From Octopus sinensis (Eukaryota), in assembly GCF_006345805.1 (NCBI RefSeq), contig NC_042997.1:200694001-200758000 (forward strand): DNA of 64,000 bases, in the 5' to 3' direction. The notes below the pieces were generated by a model that was not told where the DNA came from, searched no databases, and was given only the letters and a program-made list of their open reading frames with translations. A program made the translations under genes and the position numbers. Numbering within the stretch: the stretch's first letter is position 1; the number at the start of each line of letters is the position of its first letter. Of this stretch, positions 1 through 11,779 are shown piece after piece.

Positions 1-1386
1 CTCAATTCCAGAAGCTGACAGGTAGGAGCCAACTTTTTTGCTAAAATAATAACCCCAAACCTTTGTCTTGTAACAAAGGACCTGTAGTGGAAAACTGAAA
101 AGAGTGGAATACGACAGGAAAGAAAAGAGGAAGACAACCCAACAGAAGAGAAATGAAACATGAAACGCAACATGAAAACTGACGTCACGATCGCTCGACA
201 GTGGGACAAAAACTTAAAAGTAAAATTTAGGATATGTAGAGCAATAGATATTGTTTAGTTGTTGGATTTAGTGAGTACGAAAGGAGCCGAAATATAAGAA
301 ATATTTAATGACAAGCTTTTCATAAGCATAATGCCACGCCCTGTCAGACACAGTTAGGTACAGCAGGCTTCAATGTGAACAGGCTTTATTGTGACAAGGG
401 TGATATAGCGTGCTCTAACACAAACTAACCAGTGTCTTCCCAGATGTCGTGAAAGGCAAACCCTAAATGTATGTATTTATTACATATTTTGGATCACGTT
501 TTTGGATTTGCTTTGCAAGATTTTTTTATGTGAGTTCGTGTGTTGAAACATATTCTGTTGTGTCTGGGGAGAGTCATTCTCTTTTGGTGCTTTATAATTT
601 GAAAAGGTTGCAAGACGCAACGACAATTTTAGAAAAAAAAAAGAAAAAAGAAATAAGTGGAAATTTTGCCGGTGAGTGTGTTAAATTATAAGGCATCAAA
701 AGAGAATGACTCTTACCAGACACAACAGAATATTTTGCTTTATATATAACACTGGTCAACAAGATTTTTCGTGTTTAGGAAATAGACATCATTCCTATAC
801 AAAATCGGTCTCCTGTATCCTAATATAACCCCTTTTTTACCTCTAAGATCTAGTTTTTTAGTTATTGAACATCCCTATAGTCACTATGTATGTGTGTACA
901 TCCAGTATGCAGTGTTTGTTATCTTATTCTAATTCTAAGTTTTATTTTCTTTTTCCATACTTTTTTGATGTTGTGGTGAACTAAGCAATAAAAAACGAGC
1001 AAGATATCCTCTTCAAGAACGTGTTGCGTTAATTCTCCAAATGTGCTTTGTTATGTCTGTGGAGAATACACATATTCCTCATGATGCCTTCTGATACTGT
1101 TGCTGGTCCTCTAACAAGTTTACTAATTCGTCGCCTTTATTAGAAGTTGCGATTTTTAGTACAACTTTTCAGCTCGCTTAGTCATCACAAACAGTAATTT
1201 TTAATGAATAAATCAATTTTGATGAATAAATGCATAGCTAATAATTTATCACTATTTAGATACTCGTTTAACTAAGTTTCTTTCACTGAGTCTTAATTGT
1301 TCTCGCATTCTATATTTCACAAGTCTTTATCCCAGCAGATTAGTTAACAATCTCCCATCAAAGATTAACCCAAAGATACATATTTA

Positions 1387-1620
1387 ATACCTATTTCTTT
1401 ACTACCCACAAGGGGCTAAACACAAAGAGGACAAACAAGGACAGACAAACGGATTAAGTCGATTATATCGACCCCAGTGCGTAACTGGTACTTAATTTAT
1501 CGACCTCGAAAGGATGAAAGGCAAAGTCGATCTCGGCAGAATTTGAACTCAGAACGTAGCGGCAGACGAAATACGGCTAAGCATTTCGCCCGGCGTGCTA
1601 ACGATTCTGCCAGCTCGCCG
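1387..1620 (-). mobile_element. tRNA-derived SINE, family A (Meta-like core)
   Basis: Minus strand reads GGCGAGCTGGCAGAATCGTTAG... B-box GAGTTCAAAT ... core GCCTTTCATCCTTTCGAGGTCGAT ... tail TAAAGAAATAGGTAT; many homologous copies in the window. Confidence 0.9.
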
Positions 1621-2651
1621 ACTTATACATATTTAATACCATCATGTTAACGACCTTCCTATCTTGAACTGAATTCTAGAATTAAAATAATAACTGCGGC
1701 AGAATCAAAAATATTCTATATAATTTTGTAAACTGAATATGCTAAATACCACCACCACAATCGCTAGGTTTCCTGTCCAATGTCTCTATATAAAACATTA
1801 CTTAATTATACCAGAAATACATTCCAGAATGTCGAAATTAAATGTTTCCTTTCTTTTTATTAATGAAATGATATTTAAAAGAAAATATCAAATATATTAT
1901 GCATATATAATTCTTTTTTCATACGACATATAATATTTCCATTAAATAATAGCTAATATGGAAGCATTTTATATCTAAAATTAATCCAAATTGTAGAATA
2001 TGATATATGATGGAGTTAAAAAATATTTTAGATCTATTAAAAGGATGGTAGCTATTTTATATTGCAGACAAAAATAACATTACCTAGAGTTAATGATATG
2101 TATATTAAAGACACATTTATGTAGATACATATAGATACAAAATTACATGATACCAATAAACTATTTCTTGTACACATACATACGCTTGCATATAAATAGA
2201 TTCATACATGCAAAAAAACATATATGCATGAATGCTTGTATATATATGTGTGTATATACCCATGAATGTGTGCATGTACATACACAAACACACAAACACA
2301 CACACAGTATCCAAAAAAGATGTATATATACGTTGAATGATTATAAAGTTATAATTTCGTTTTGCTAGCAAAAGTGTGTCCTCGTTATCAATTAATATTT
2401 ACGTTACAGTCGCCAGGAATGTGTGTTATTTGTAAATTGGTTTATCCAATTGTATCTCGTTGCTAAACTTAGTGAGTGTTTACACAATGCGTCCGTGGTT
2501 AGTTGAGGAGCTGGATGTAGCACTGATGAGAAAGCAATAACTCTAGAAATATGTATATACACCCTTTACCAATTTTTTTTCTATCTTCGCTCGCATTGTT
2601 TACATAGACATATTCGTATAACAAAAGTTATAAATTTCAGAGCTGGCTTTA

Positions 2652-3124
2652 AATCATCGTTTAACGTCCGTTTTTCATGCTGGCATGGGTTGGACGGTTT
2701 AACAGAGGTCTGGAAAGCCAGCAGCTGCACCAGGCTCCAATCTGACCTCGCAATGTTTCTACAGCTGGATGCCCTTCTTAACGCCAACCACTCCGAGAGT
2801 GTAATGGGTGCTTTTTACCTGCCACCGCACAGGGGCCAGTCAGGAGGGCCTGGCATCGGCCACGTTCGGAGTGTACTTTTTACGTGCAACCGACACGGGA
2901 GCCAGTCAGGGGGAACGGGCTGGCATCGGCCACGTTCGAAGTGAGCTTTTTACGTGCAACCGGCAAGGGAGCCAGTCAGGGGGCACGGGCTGGCATCGGC
3001 CACGTTCGGATGGTGCTCTTTATGTGCAACCAACACGAGAGCCAATCAGGGGTCACTGGCATCGGCAACGTCCAAATGGTGCTTTTTATGTGCTACCGGC
3101 ACGGGAGCCAGTCAAGCAGCTCTG
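2652..3124 (-). mobile_element. RTE-LINE 3'-end-related non-autonomous repeat with internal ~70-bp tandem array
   Basis: ATCATCGTTTAACGTCC start and GGATGCCCTTCTTAACGCCAACC motif resemble RTE 3' ends; 4 full and 1 partial 66-70-bp units at 2804-3124. Confidence 0.6.
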
Positions 3125-3395
3125 CAGAAATAAACTTAAAACTGAGAAAACTGCAAAAGTAAGTCACAGTTTCGTCTTGCAAACTTTTAATACACTTGGT
3201 AGTATATTGTGGTTGCAAAGGATATACCTTGCTATACATAATTCATATTATATGCATATATATATATATATATATATTGTTATATTTCGGAATGGTCATA
3301 TTGCCAGTTTAGCCAATAAAAACACACGCACTATATATTTGGTGTTATTTTGCTTCAGTGATATTTATTTTTTACATTAATCTTAATCTTATTTC

Positions 3396-3440
3396 GGCCA
3401 AAGTTCTTTCGTCACACTCCTGTGACCGCATCAGTGGTCC
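3396..3440 (-). ncRNA. degenerate minimal hammerhead-like cassette in a Penelope-like fragment
   Basis: Minus: GGACCA CTGATGC G GTCACA ggag TGTGAC GAA AGAACT T TGGCC; A9 mutated, stem I damaged. Confidence 0.4.
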
Positions 3441-3501
3441 TTTGTTTTCTTCTCACTTATTTGTGTCTCTCCTTACTAACCGTCAGCCAAATATTTAAAC
3501 G

Positions 3502-3546
<45 letters not shown>

Positions 3547-3550
3547 CGTG

Positions 3551-3766
3551 TATATAGGAGAAGAAAATGGATATAATAACAATGGGAAACTCGTCGTTTT
3601 CGCTGGTATGTCTTTAATTTAATTATGTAACAAAGAAGGAAGAAGCAGCTTCTCTGCTTCTTTCTTCTCTTCTTCTTCCTTCTTTGTTGTCTAATTAAAT
3701 TAAAGGCATACCAACGTAAACCACGAGTTCCCTATTGTTATTACATCCACTTTCTTCTCCTATATA
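3551..3766. repeat. fold-back inverted repeat, arms ~95 bp
   Basis: 3551-3645 is the imperfect reverse complement of 3673-3766 (TATATAGGAGAAGAAA...CAAAGAAGGAAGAAG). Confidence 0.9.
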
Positions 3767-3913
3767 ACCTAAACTACGGTCTACCAACTGCACCACCTAC
3801 TTCCGTACAACCTTACAAAAGACTGTACCTATTCAGGTAATAACCAGGAGCGACTTTGGATCTAATTATCCGTTAGAGGTATTACAACCCTCTGATACCT
3901 ATACATATACGTA

Positions 3914-3990
<77 letters not shown>

Positions 3991-3991
<1 letters not shown>

Positions 3992-4100
3992 CGGGAAGCT
4001 TTATGAAAATAGACAAAAGACGAAGGCAGGTGGAAAACAAACAAACAATTGTATTAGTATGGCGCTCAGGAAATATAAATAAAACAAGTCTTTAACGTTC
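3991..4100 (-). mobile_element. Penelope-like pLTR fragment (same family as 25095 and 26503)
   Basis: Reverse complement matches ACGTTAAAGACTTGTTTTATTTATATT...CATAAAGCTTCCCGT of 25180-25300 and 26555-26662. Confidence 0.75.
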
Positions 4101-4129
4101 AGGAAATATATATATATACATATATATAT

Positions 4130-4206
<77 letters not shown>

Positions 4207-4243
4207 TATATATATGTATATATAAGTCTTTAACGTTCAGGAA

Positions 4244-4337
<94 letters not shown>

Positions 4338-4367
4338 ACACACACACACATATATAATTTATACTAT

Positions 4368-4783
4368 TATTATTTGATTCAGCCATTTGACTGCGGCCAT
4401 GCTGAAGTACCGCCTTTAGTCAAACAAATCGACCTCAGGACTTGTTGTTTGTAAGCCTATTGCTTATTCTATTGGTTTCTTTGATTGAACCGCTAAGTTA
4501 TGGGGACGTAAACACACCAACATCTGTTGTCAAGCCATGGTTTGGGGGACAAACACAAGCACACACACACATACATACATACACACACACAGACACAGAC
4601 ACACACAAACATATATACACGACGGACTTCTTTCAGTTTCCGTCAACTAAATCTACTCAGAAGTGTTTGGTCGGCCCGAGACTATAGCGGATGGCACTTG
4701 GCCAAGCTTCCACGCAGTGGGACCGAACCAGGAACCATGAGGTTGGGAAGCTAGCTTCTTACCACAAAGCCGCTCCTGCGCCT
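4368..4783 (-). mobile_element. tRNA-derived SINE, family B
   Basis: Minus: GGCGCAGGAGCGGCTTTGTGGTAAG...GGTTCGGTCCC head, internal CA tract, ...CATGGCCGCAGTCAAATGGCTGAA tail; homologous to 14961, 20131, 38841 and 61133. Confidence 0.85.
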
Positions 4784-4962
4784 ATATATACGTACAAGCA
4801 TGTAACTTCCTGTATTCTCATCCAAAATGGAAAGAGGTAAATATGTTCCCAATATTTAATATTGTGTAGTACCAACGACAAGTAAACAAAAAGTGCTTCT
4901 AATAAACAAACCCCCACCCAAAAAAAGAAAATGCAAGAGAGAAAGAAACGGCTTTCTTTCTA

Positions 4963-5562
4963 GGGCGGCGAGCTGGCAGAAACATTAGTACGCCGGGCGA
5001 AATGCTTAGCTGTATTTCGTCTGCCGTTACGTTCTGAGTTCAAATTCCGCCGAGGTCAACTTTGCCTTTCATCCTTTCGAGGTCGATAAATTAAGTACCA
5101 GTTACGCACTGGATTCGATGTAATCGACTTAATCCTTTTGTCAGTCCTTGTTTGTCCTCTCTGTATTTAGCCTCTTGTGGGTAATAAAGAAATAGGTATT
5201 TCGTCGGCCGCTTCGTTCTGAGTTCAAATTCCGCCGAGGTCGACTTTGCCTTTCATCCTTTCGGGGTCAATTAAATAAGTACAAGTTATGCACTGAGGTC
5301 GATATGATCGACTTAATCCGTTTGTCTTTCCTTGTTTGTCCCTTCTATGTTTAGCCCCTTGTGGATAGTAAAGAAATAGGTATTTCGACTGCCGCTACGT
5401 TCTGAGTTCAAATTTTGCCAAGGTCGAATTTGCCTTCCAGCCTTTCGGGGTCGATTAAATAAGTACCAGTTACGCACTAGGGTCTATCTAATCGACTTAA
5501 TCCGTTTGTCTGTCCTTGTTTGTCCCCTCTGTATTTAGCCCCTTATGGGCAATAAAGAAATA
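4963..5562 (+). mobile_element. SINE family A, one head plus 3 tandem ~184-bp bodies
   Basis: Units 4963-5194, 5195-5378 and 5379-5562; flanked by a 16-bp direct repeat AGAAAGAAACGGCTTT (4940-4955, 5563-5578). Confidence 0.9.
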
Positions 5563-6096
5563 AGAAAGAAACGGCTTTTCGAACCTGTTGTTAGTTAGGC
5601 TAAGAAATGGGTATTGTATAAAAACAATTAACGAACAGGATAATGGTTAGATGCAGACGTGTCTTCAAACTATTTTCTGAAGAAACTGTTTCTACCCCAG
5701 AATATTGACTTGATTGTGGTTTGCAAAATAATGAACTAAAAACGAAATTTTCGAGTCTACATTGAGATCCACTAAAAATATAAACGTGAATACTTTTATA
5801 GCTGTTATTGGGTATTGGATTACGATTATTATTGATTATTAATTAAGTTTGTAGTTAATTATTGATTAGAACATCACCAATGCATGATTAAATATTTAAC
5901 TTTTAACTTGAAATTTATTTCTAACAGGCGGAATTAATTAAATTCCTTCAAAGCATCTTCGCCATAAAGAAGATCTTTTGGTTACAGTAGCTGGCTTTAC
6001 TGCAAGCTACTTGTAGAAATTTTGTTTTTTCTTCTCGATTCTTTTGTTGTCATTAGTATTTATGTAACCATTTGGTTTCTGTGACTTATTTCTATA

Positions 6097-6833
6097 GGTG
6101 CAGATGTGGCTGTGTGGTTGAATTTTGCAAGCTGGCAGAAACGTTAGCACGCCGGGCGAAATGCTTAGCGGTATTTCGTCTGCCGTTACGTTCTGAGTTC
6201 AAATTCTGCCGAGGTCGACTTTGCCTTTCATCCTTTCCGGGTCGATAAATTAATTACCAGTTATGCACTGGAGTCGATGTAATCGACTTAATCTTCTTGT
6301 CTGTCCTTGTTTGTCCCCTCTGTGTTTAGCCCATTATGGGTAGTAAAGAAATAGGTATTTCTTCAGCCGCTACGTTCTGAGTTCAAATTCCGCCGAGGTC
6401 GAATTTGCCTTTCATCCTTTCGGGGTCGATAAATTAAGTACCAGTTACGCACTGGGGTCGATATAATCGACTTAATCCATTTGTCTGTCCTTGTTTGTCC
6501 ACTCTGTGTTTAGCCCCTTATGGGTAGTAAAGAAATAGGTATTTCTTCAGCCGCTACGTTCTGAGTTCAAATTCCGCCGAGGTCGACTTTGCCTTTCATC
6601 CTTTCGGGGTCGATTAAATAAGTACCAATTACACACTGGGGTCGATATAATCGACTTAATCTGTTTGTCTGTCCTTGTTCGGACCCTCTATGTTTAGCCC
6701 CTTGTGGGCAATAAAGAAATATGAAGTTTGCTTCCCGACTACAAGGTTTCGGGTTCAGTTTTCTACTATAGCCTCGAGCAGACCAAAATTTTGAGTGTGG
6801 AAATGGTTGACGGAAACTGAGAGAAGCCTGTCC
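6097..6833 (+). mobile_element. SINE family B interrupted by a trimeric SINE family A (6129-6720)
   Basis: B head AGGTGCAGATGTGGCTGTGTGG at 6097, B body resumes at 6722; near-direct repeat TGAATTTTGC/TGAAGTTTGC flanks the insert. Confidence 0.8.
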
Positions 6834-6870
<37 letters not shown>

Positions 6871-6884
6871 CATACATACAAACA

Positions 6885-6940
<56 letters not shown>

Positions 6941-6941
<1 letters not shown>

Positions 6942-7211
6942 GGGTCATATTTACTTGGTTATCTCCCCTACTTCTTCGTCCTCCTATGTGACCCTTCTGT
7001 CCAGCAGTCGTCATGATAGATCGGTAGCCACTGCACACATCTTTTTTTCTCTCATTGTTTCTCTCCTTGTTTTTCTCTGTCCCTTTCTCTAGAAGAGCGT
7101 AGGCTCGAAACATAAAAGACTCTTTCAATTCCTGAGCGTTATACTGATACATCTGTTTGTTTTCTACACCACCTGTCTTCGTCTTTTGTTTTTTTCGTGA
7201 ACTCTCTCCTT
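6941..7211 (+). mobile_element. Penelope-like pLTR fragment with degenerate hammerhead-like cassette (7083-7119)
   Basis: GAAGAGCGTAGGCTCGAAACATAAAAGAC...CCACCTGTCTTCGTCTTTTG is homologous to 25153-25265; the core is mutated. Confidence 0.6.
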
Positions 7212-7752
7212 ATATATATATATATATTATATATATAATATATATATATATATATGTATATATAGAGAGAGAGAAAGAGAGAGAGCTCGTTCACCTCAGC
7301 GTTTGTTAGTTTCAAAGAAGAAGCCATGGATGTTATAGCATGGAAATCTAGATTTACTTACGGAGACAGCAACTGAGTATCGCCTGCGGAGATACATATA
7401 GGTTTTCTCATGCAGGTAAATTGTTGCATAATTGATTTAAACTCAACTTTAAATCCTGTGTATATCGAAACATTTGTAGCGATTAAAAAGCTGCCTAAAC
7501 GTATTTACCCTTCCTTTTGACTCTTTTACTTTTTACTTATATATATATATAATATATATATATATATATTATATATAATATATATATATATATATTTAAT
7601 GAAATGGATAAATGAATTATCTTGTTACGGATTATTCAAAATTTAACCGATACCTGTGTAGCAAAAATCACACCAGAAAAGACACGGTTGAGGTTACGAC
7701 CATGGGGTTTCGCCCCCGTGCTTTAGCGCGGATAATTGAAGTTTTATATATT

Positions 7753-8001
7753 TAGTGAAGGGAAGAAATGGAGCCGAACGAAGATTCTACAAAATTCCAT
7801 GGGCTCCTAGGGAGCGTTTTGTTCGAAAAGCTTGCTGCGCATTTGTTTTGAGATTTTAAATTCCTGGATTTTCCTGAAGAGAAAGCTGCAGAATGGTCTC
7901 CTTATTCAACCCGAATTTGGGAATTTGCAGCCTTTGAAACATGTGTAGAAAATAATAAAAAGGAATTTTGTAGAATCTTCGTTCGGCTCCATTTCTTCCC
8001 T

Positions 8002-8007
<6 letters not shown>
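7753..8007. repeat. perfect 46-bp inverted repeat with 163-bp spacer
   Basis: 7753-7798 TAGTGAAGGGAAGAAATGGAGCCGAACGAAGATTCTACAAAATTCC is the exact reverse complement of 7962-8007. Confidence 0.95.
7868..7953 (+). ncRNA. minimal type I hammerhead ribozyme candidate (canonical core)
   Basis: Stem I ATTTTC/GAAAAT; core CTGAAGA 7874-7880; stem II GAAAGCTGCA/TGCAGCCTTT (1 mismatch); GAA, then ACATGTGT (self-complementary with G.U pairs), then A17; cleavage triplet GUA. Confidence 0.7.
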
Positions 8008-8088
<81 letters not shown>

Positions 8089-8120
8089 CATACGTACACA
8101 TAATAAATATATATATATAT

Positions 8121-8514
8121 ATATAAATACATTAAAAGGCCTCCAAATAAAGAAGCGAGTGCTAGATACACAAAAAGGGGATAAATTCATAAAAAATTTT
8201 TTACCGGCATCCTCTCTGTTCGCCGGGTATAATTTGCGTCTGCGCACTGGTCTGAAAAGTTAGGGTATACAGATCGTTGGATTTGCACGTGCTCCCAGCG
8301 ATATGTACAGCTCGGATTACAAAGGCTTCCTGCTGACGATTCTGGCCTTGGCAGATAAATTCTATTCATTTGCTAAAAAAAAAGATGAAACTGCAGTACA
8401 GGATTAGCTGAGAAGGTAAACGTTTTTGATTTTCATTCCATTTCATGAATTTATCCCCTTTTTGTGTATCTAGCTCTCGCTTCTTTATTTGGAAGCCTTT
8501 TAATGTATTTATAT
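8121..8514. repeat. 70-bp inverted repeat (2 mismatches) with 254-bp spacer
   Basis: 8121-8190 versus reverse complement of 8445-8514. Confidence 0.95.
8328..8403 (+). ncRNA. minimal type I hammerhead ribozyme candidate (canonical core)
   Basis: Stem I TCCTG/CAGGA; core CTGACGA 8333-8339; stem II TCT/AGA closed by U.U plus inner hairpin GCAGAT/ATTTGC; GAA, palindrome ACTGCAGT, A17; triplet GUA. Confidence 0.6.
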
Positions 8515-8620
8515 ATGAATAACGTATAGTCTAATGACTAATTCGTCTTTTGTGCTAGGTCACTGGTAATAATAATTAATTTTATTACCCTATTTACTAT
8601 GTTTATATATATATATATAT

Positions 8621-10459
8621 ATATAAGAATGAATGTTTTTATATATAATGAACGTGAAATGCAGGAAGGGACGAACACGGAACACAGACAAATCATTCGA
8701 AGCCTTCAATCTTCAGTCAGACACCGAATCATCATAGCAAATTTCGGCTGTTCAATTCTGATATTTGCTCCAACTCGGCCAGCCCCAAGAAAAAAAACTA
8801 AGCTGTAAGCATTAGATTTCTTGGTAGAAGACAGGAATGTGAACGCACAAGACGGTTGTGAATACAAGAGACGAAAACGAAATTGAAAACAGTAATGAAA
8901 AAACAAAATATATATAACGGTGGTTGTCATACGACTTTAGACCAAATGAGACAAAACAACAACAACATAGCAGCTGGCGTAGAAATAATTACCGTTTCGG
9001 TAGCGGGGACACATGTTGGTCGAGATACGAAGGCCAACAGAATGGTTGAAGAAGCAGCAGGTCGCAGGAGAGAGAGAGAAAGAGAGACAGAGAGAGAGGG
9101 AATCAAAGAGGGTGGAAGGCAGGGGACAGAATCAGTGACCAAGAGAGAAGGAGAAGAAGGGATTAAGGAGGATGGGAGGAAGAGAGGGGAAGAATCGGAG
9201 GGCGCCAAAAAGTTTGGTGAAGAAGCAATGGCGGGTAGTAAAAGACAGTGTGTATAGAAGTCGTGCAGGGTTAAAATTGGACAAACAAACGGGGGGGGGG
9301 GTGCACGTAACGCCGCAATAATATAAGAATGAATGTTTTTATATATAATGAACGTGAAATACAGGAAGGGACGAACACGGAACACAGACAAATCATTCGA
9401 AGCCTTCAATCTTCAGTCAGACACCGAATCATCATAGCAAATTTCGGCTGTTCAATTCTGATATTTGCACCAACTCGGCCAGCCCCAAGAAAAAAAACTA
9501 AGCTGTAAGCATTAGATTTCTTGGTAGAAGACAGGAATGTGAACGCACAAGACGGATGTGAATACAAGAGACGAAAACGAAATTGAAAACAGTAATGAAA
9601 AAACAAAATATATATAACGGTGGTTGTCATACGACTTTAGACCAAATGAGACAAAACAACAACAACATAGCAGCTGGCGTAGAAATAATTACCGTTTCGG
9701 TAGCGGGAACACATGTTGGTCGAGATACGAAGGCCAACAGAATGGTTGAAGAAGCAGCAGGTCGCAGGAGAGAGAGAGAAAGAGAGACAGAGAGAGAGGG
9801 AATCAAAGAGGGTGGAAGGCAGGGGACAGAATCAGTGACCAAGAGAGAAGGAGAAAGAAGGATTAAGGAGGATGGGAGAAAGAGAGGGGAAGAATCGGAG
9901 GGCGCCAAAAAGTTTGGTGAAGAAGCAATGGCGGGTAGTAAAAGACAGTGTGTATAGAAGTCGTGCAGGGTTTAAAATTGGACAAACAAACGGGGGGGTG
10001 CACGTAACGCCGCAATAATATAAGAATGAATGTTTTTATATATAATGAACGTGAAATACAGGAAGGGACGAACACGGAACACAGACAAATCATTCGAAGC
10101 CTTCAATCTTCAGTCAGACACCGAATCATCATAGCAAATTTCGGCTGTTCAATTCTGATATTTGCTCCAACTCGGCCAGCCTCAAGAAAAAAAACTAAGC
10201 TGTAAGCATTAGATTTCTTGGTAGAAGACAGGAATGTGAACGCACAAGACGGATGTGAATACAAGAGACGAAAACGAAATTGAAAACAGTAATGAAAAAA
10301 CAAAATATATATAACGGTGGTTGTCATACGACTTTAGACCAAATGAGACAAAACAACAACAACAACATAGCAGCTGGCGTAGAAATAATTACCGTTTCGG
10401 TAGCGGGGACACTGTGGTCGAGATACCAAGGCCAACAGAATGGTTGAAGAAGCAGCAGG

Positions 10460-10460
<1 letters not shown>
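8621..10460. repeat. tandem array of a ~700-bp unit (2.6 copies)
   Basis: Units start at 8621, 9321 and 10018 and are nearly identical; the ORF track repeats with offsets of 700 and 697. Confidence 0.95.
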
Positions 10461-10558
<98 letters not shown>

Positions 10559-10774
10559 TATGTATATGTATATTATATAAAGGGGTTTGTATGATTGTGT
10601 ATAGAGGGATATATATTATTCAAAGGAATTCCATCTCTTTCTGTTTTTTTATGTTTTATTTATTTCTTTATAATATCAATGTAGAATATAGACTATAATA
10701 ATATATATAGTAAAATGAAATGAAGTATTGATTGTCTTATTGAATAGATGAAATGTTGAATATCAAATATTAAG

Positions 10775-10813
10775 GGACTAGTATACTCTTGCATTTAAGC
10801 AGTCCTCAGGTCC
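10775..10813 (-). ncRNA. degenerate minimal hammerhead-like cassette
   Basis: Minus: GGAC CTGAGGA CTGC ttaaat GCAA G AGTATACT A GTCC; core, palindromic stem III and stem I present, GAA segment damaged. Confidence 0.4.
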
Positions 10814-10842
10814 AGGGTGTGACAGGAATGTTTCAACTGTAA

Positions 10843-10909
<67 letters not shown>

Positions 10910-10982
10910 AATATATATACATTAGATTTATAGAATATGAAAGAAGACCTGTGAAATTCAAGCAGTTATTTCACTTAGCATA

Positions 10983-11377
10983 TCTTTATATATAAAAGTG
11001 AAGTTGTCTGTCTGTCTCCTACGATTTAGATTCCTAACTAATCCCACATTTTGCGGTGCAGTTTAACCAAAAGCGGGTATCTTATAGTCGTGATTCATAT
11101 CGAGCCCTTCTGGGTATTAGCGCGTGTCTACGATGAGTCTACGATTAAAAAAAAAATTTACCATCATTTTTTCCCATTTTTAATGCATTTATTTTTACTA
11201 TCATATAAGGGAAGTAACTCGCGTCTACGATGAGGACGATTTAAAAAAAAATTTACCATAATTTTTCCGCATTATTAATGCATTTTCACTCGGTTTATAT
11301 AAGGGAAGTAACTCTCTATAAATGCTTATATAGTTATTTCCCTTACAAACCCGAGCAACGCCGGGCGATACTGCTAG
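10983..11377 (+). mobile_element. non-autonomous Helitron
   Basis: A|TCTTTATATATAAAAG 5' end; 3' hairpin CCCGAGCAACGCCGGG followed by CTAG|T; internal ~100-bp duplication; same ends as 21253-21623. Confidence 0.85.
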
Positions 11378-11685
11378 TTGTTTAACAAGATGTGTGGAAG
11401 CGAACATTGCTTTATTGGAATGTCTATTGTAGGTAGAGTGTTACGTATTTTGTCTCTATTCTAGTTATATAGTGGAATGTATTTTTGAGGTAAAGATATT
11501 CTCCATCCTTATAAATATTGTCTTAGCAATATCATTGTTTGAGTAACATCTTCTAAGCGATCGTCCTCATTTATTGTTTCGTTTTAAATACTTGAAGTGT
11601 TTTTGTTTTTGTTTTTCTCTCTTTTACTTGCTCAGGTTTCTGGTCGTCCGTCCGATTTTGTTTCTTTCTGCTCTGTCTCGCCAAT

Positions 11686-11741
11686 AAACCACCACTACCA
11701 CCACCACCACCACCACCACTACTACTACTACCACCACCACC

Positions 11742-11779
<38 letters not shown>

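Noticed and set aside
2804-3124. CRISPR-like appearance of the 70-bp repeats (also the 52-bp pair at 22920)
   Set aside because: Whole units are homologous with no unique spacers; eukaryotic context; no cas genes
3128-3158. Micro-exon between TCTGCAG and GTAAGT
   Set aside because: Acceptor lies in a repeat end with no polypyrimidine tract; chance occurrence is likely
8694-8760. Type II hammerhead in the 700-bp unit (CAGCC GAAA ... CTGAAGA on minus)
   Set aside because: A 5-nt insertion separates the core from stem II, and stems I and III do not pair convincingly
8883-9957. Repeated 124-aa ORF (MKTVMKKQ...)
   Set aside because: Low-complexity purine-rich stretch inside the 700-bp tandem unit, no recognisable domain, broken in the third unit
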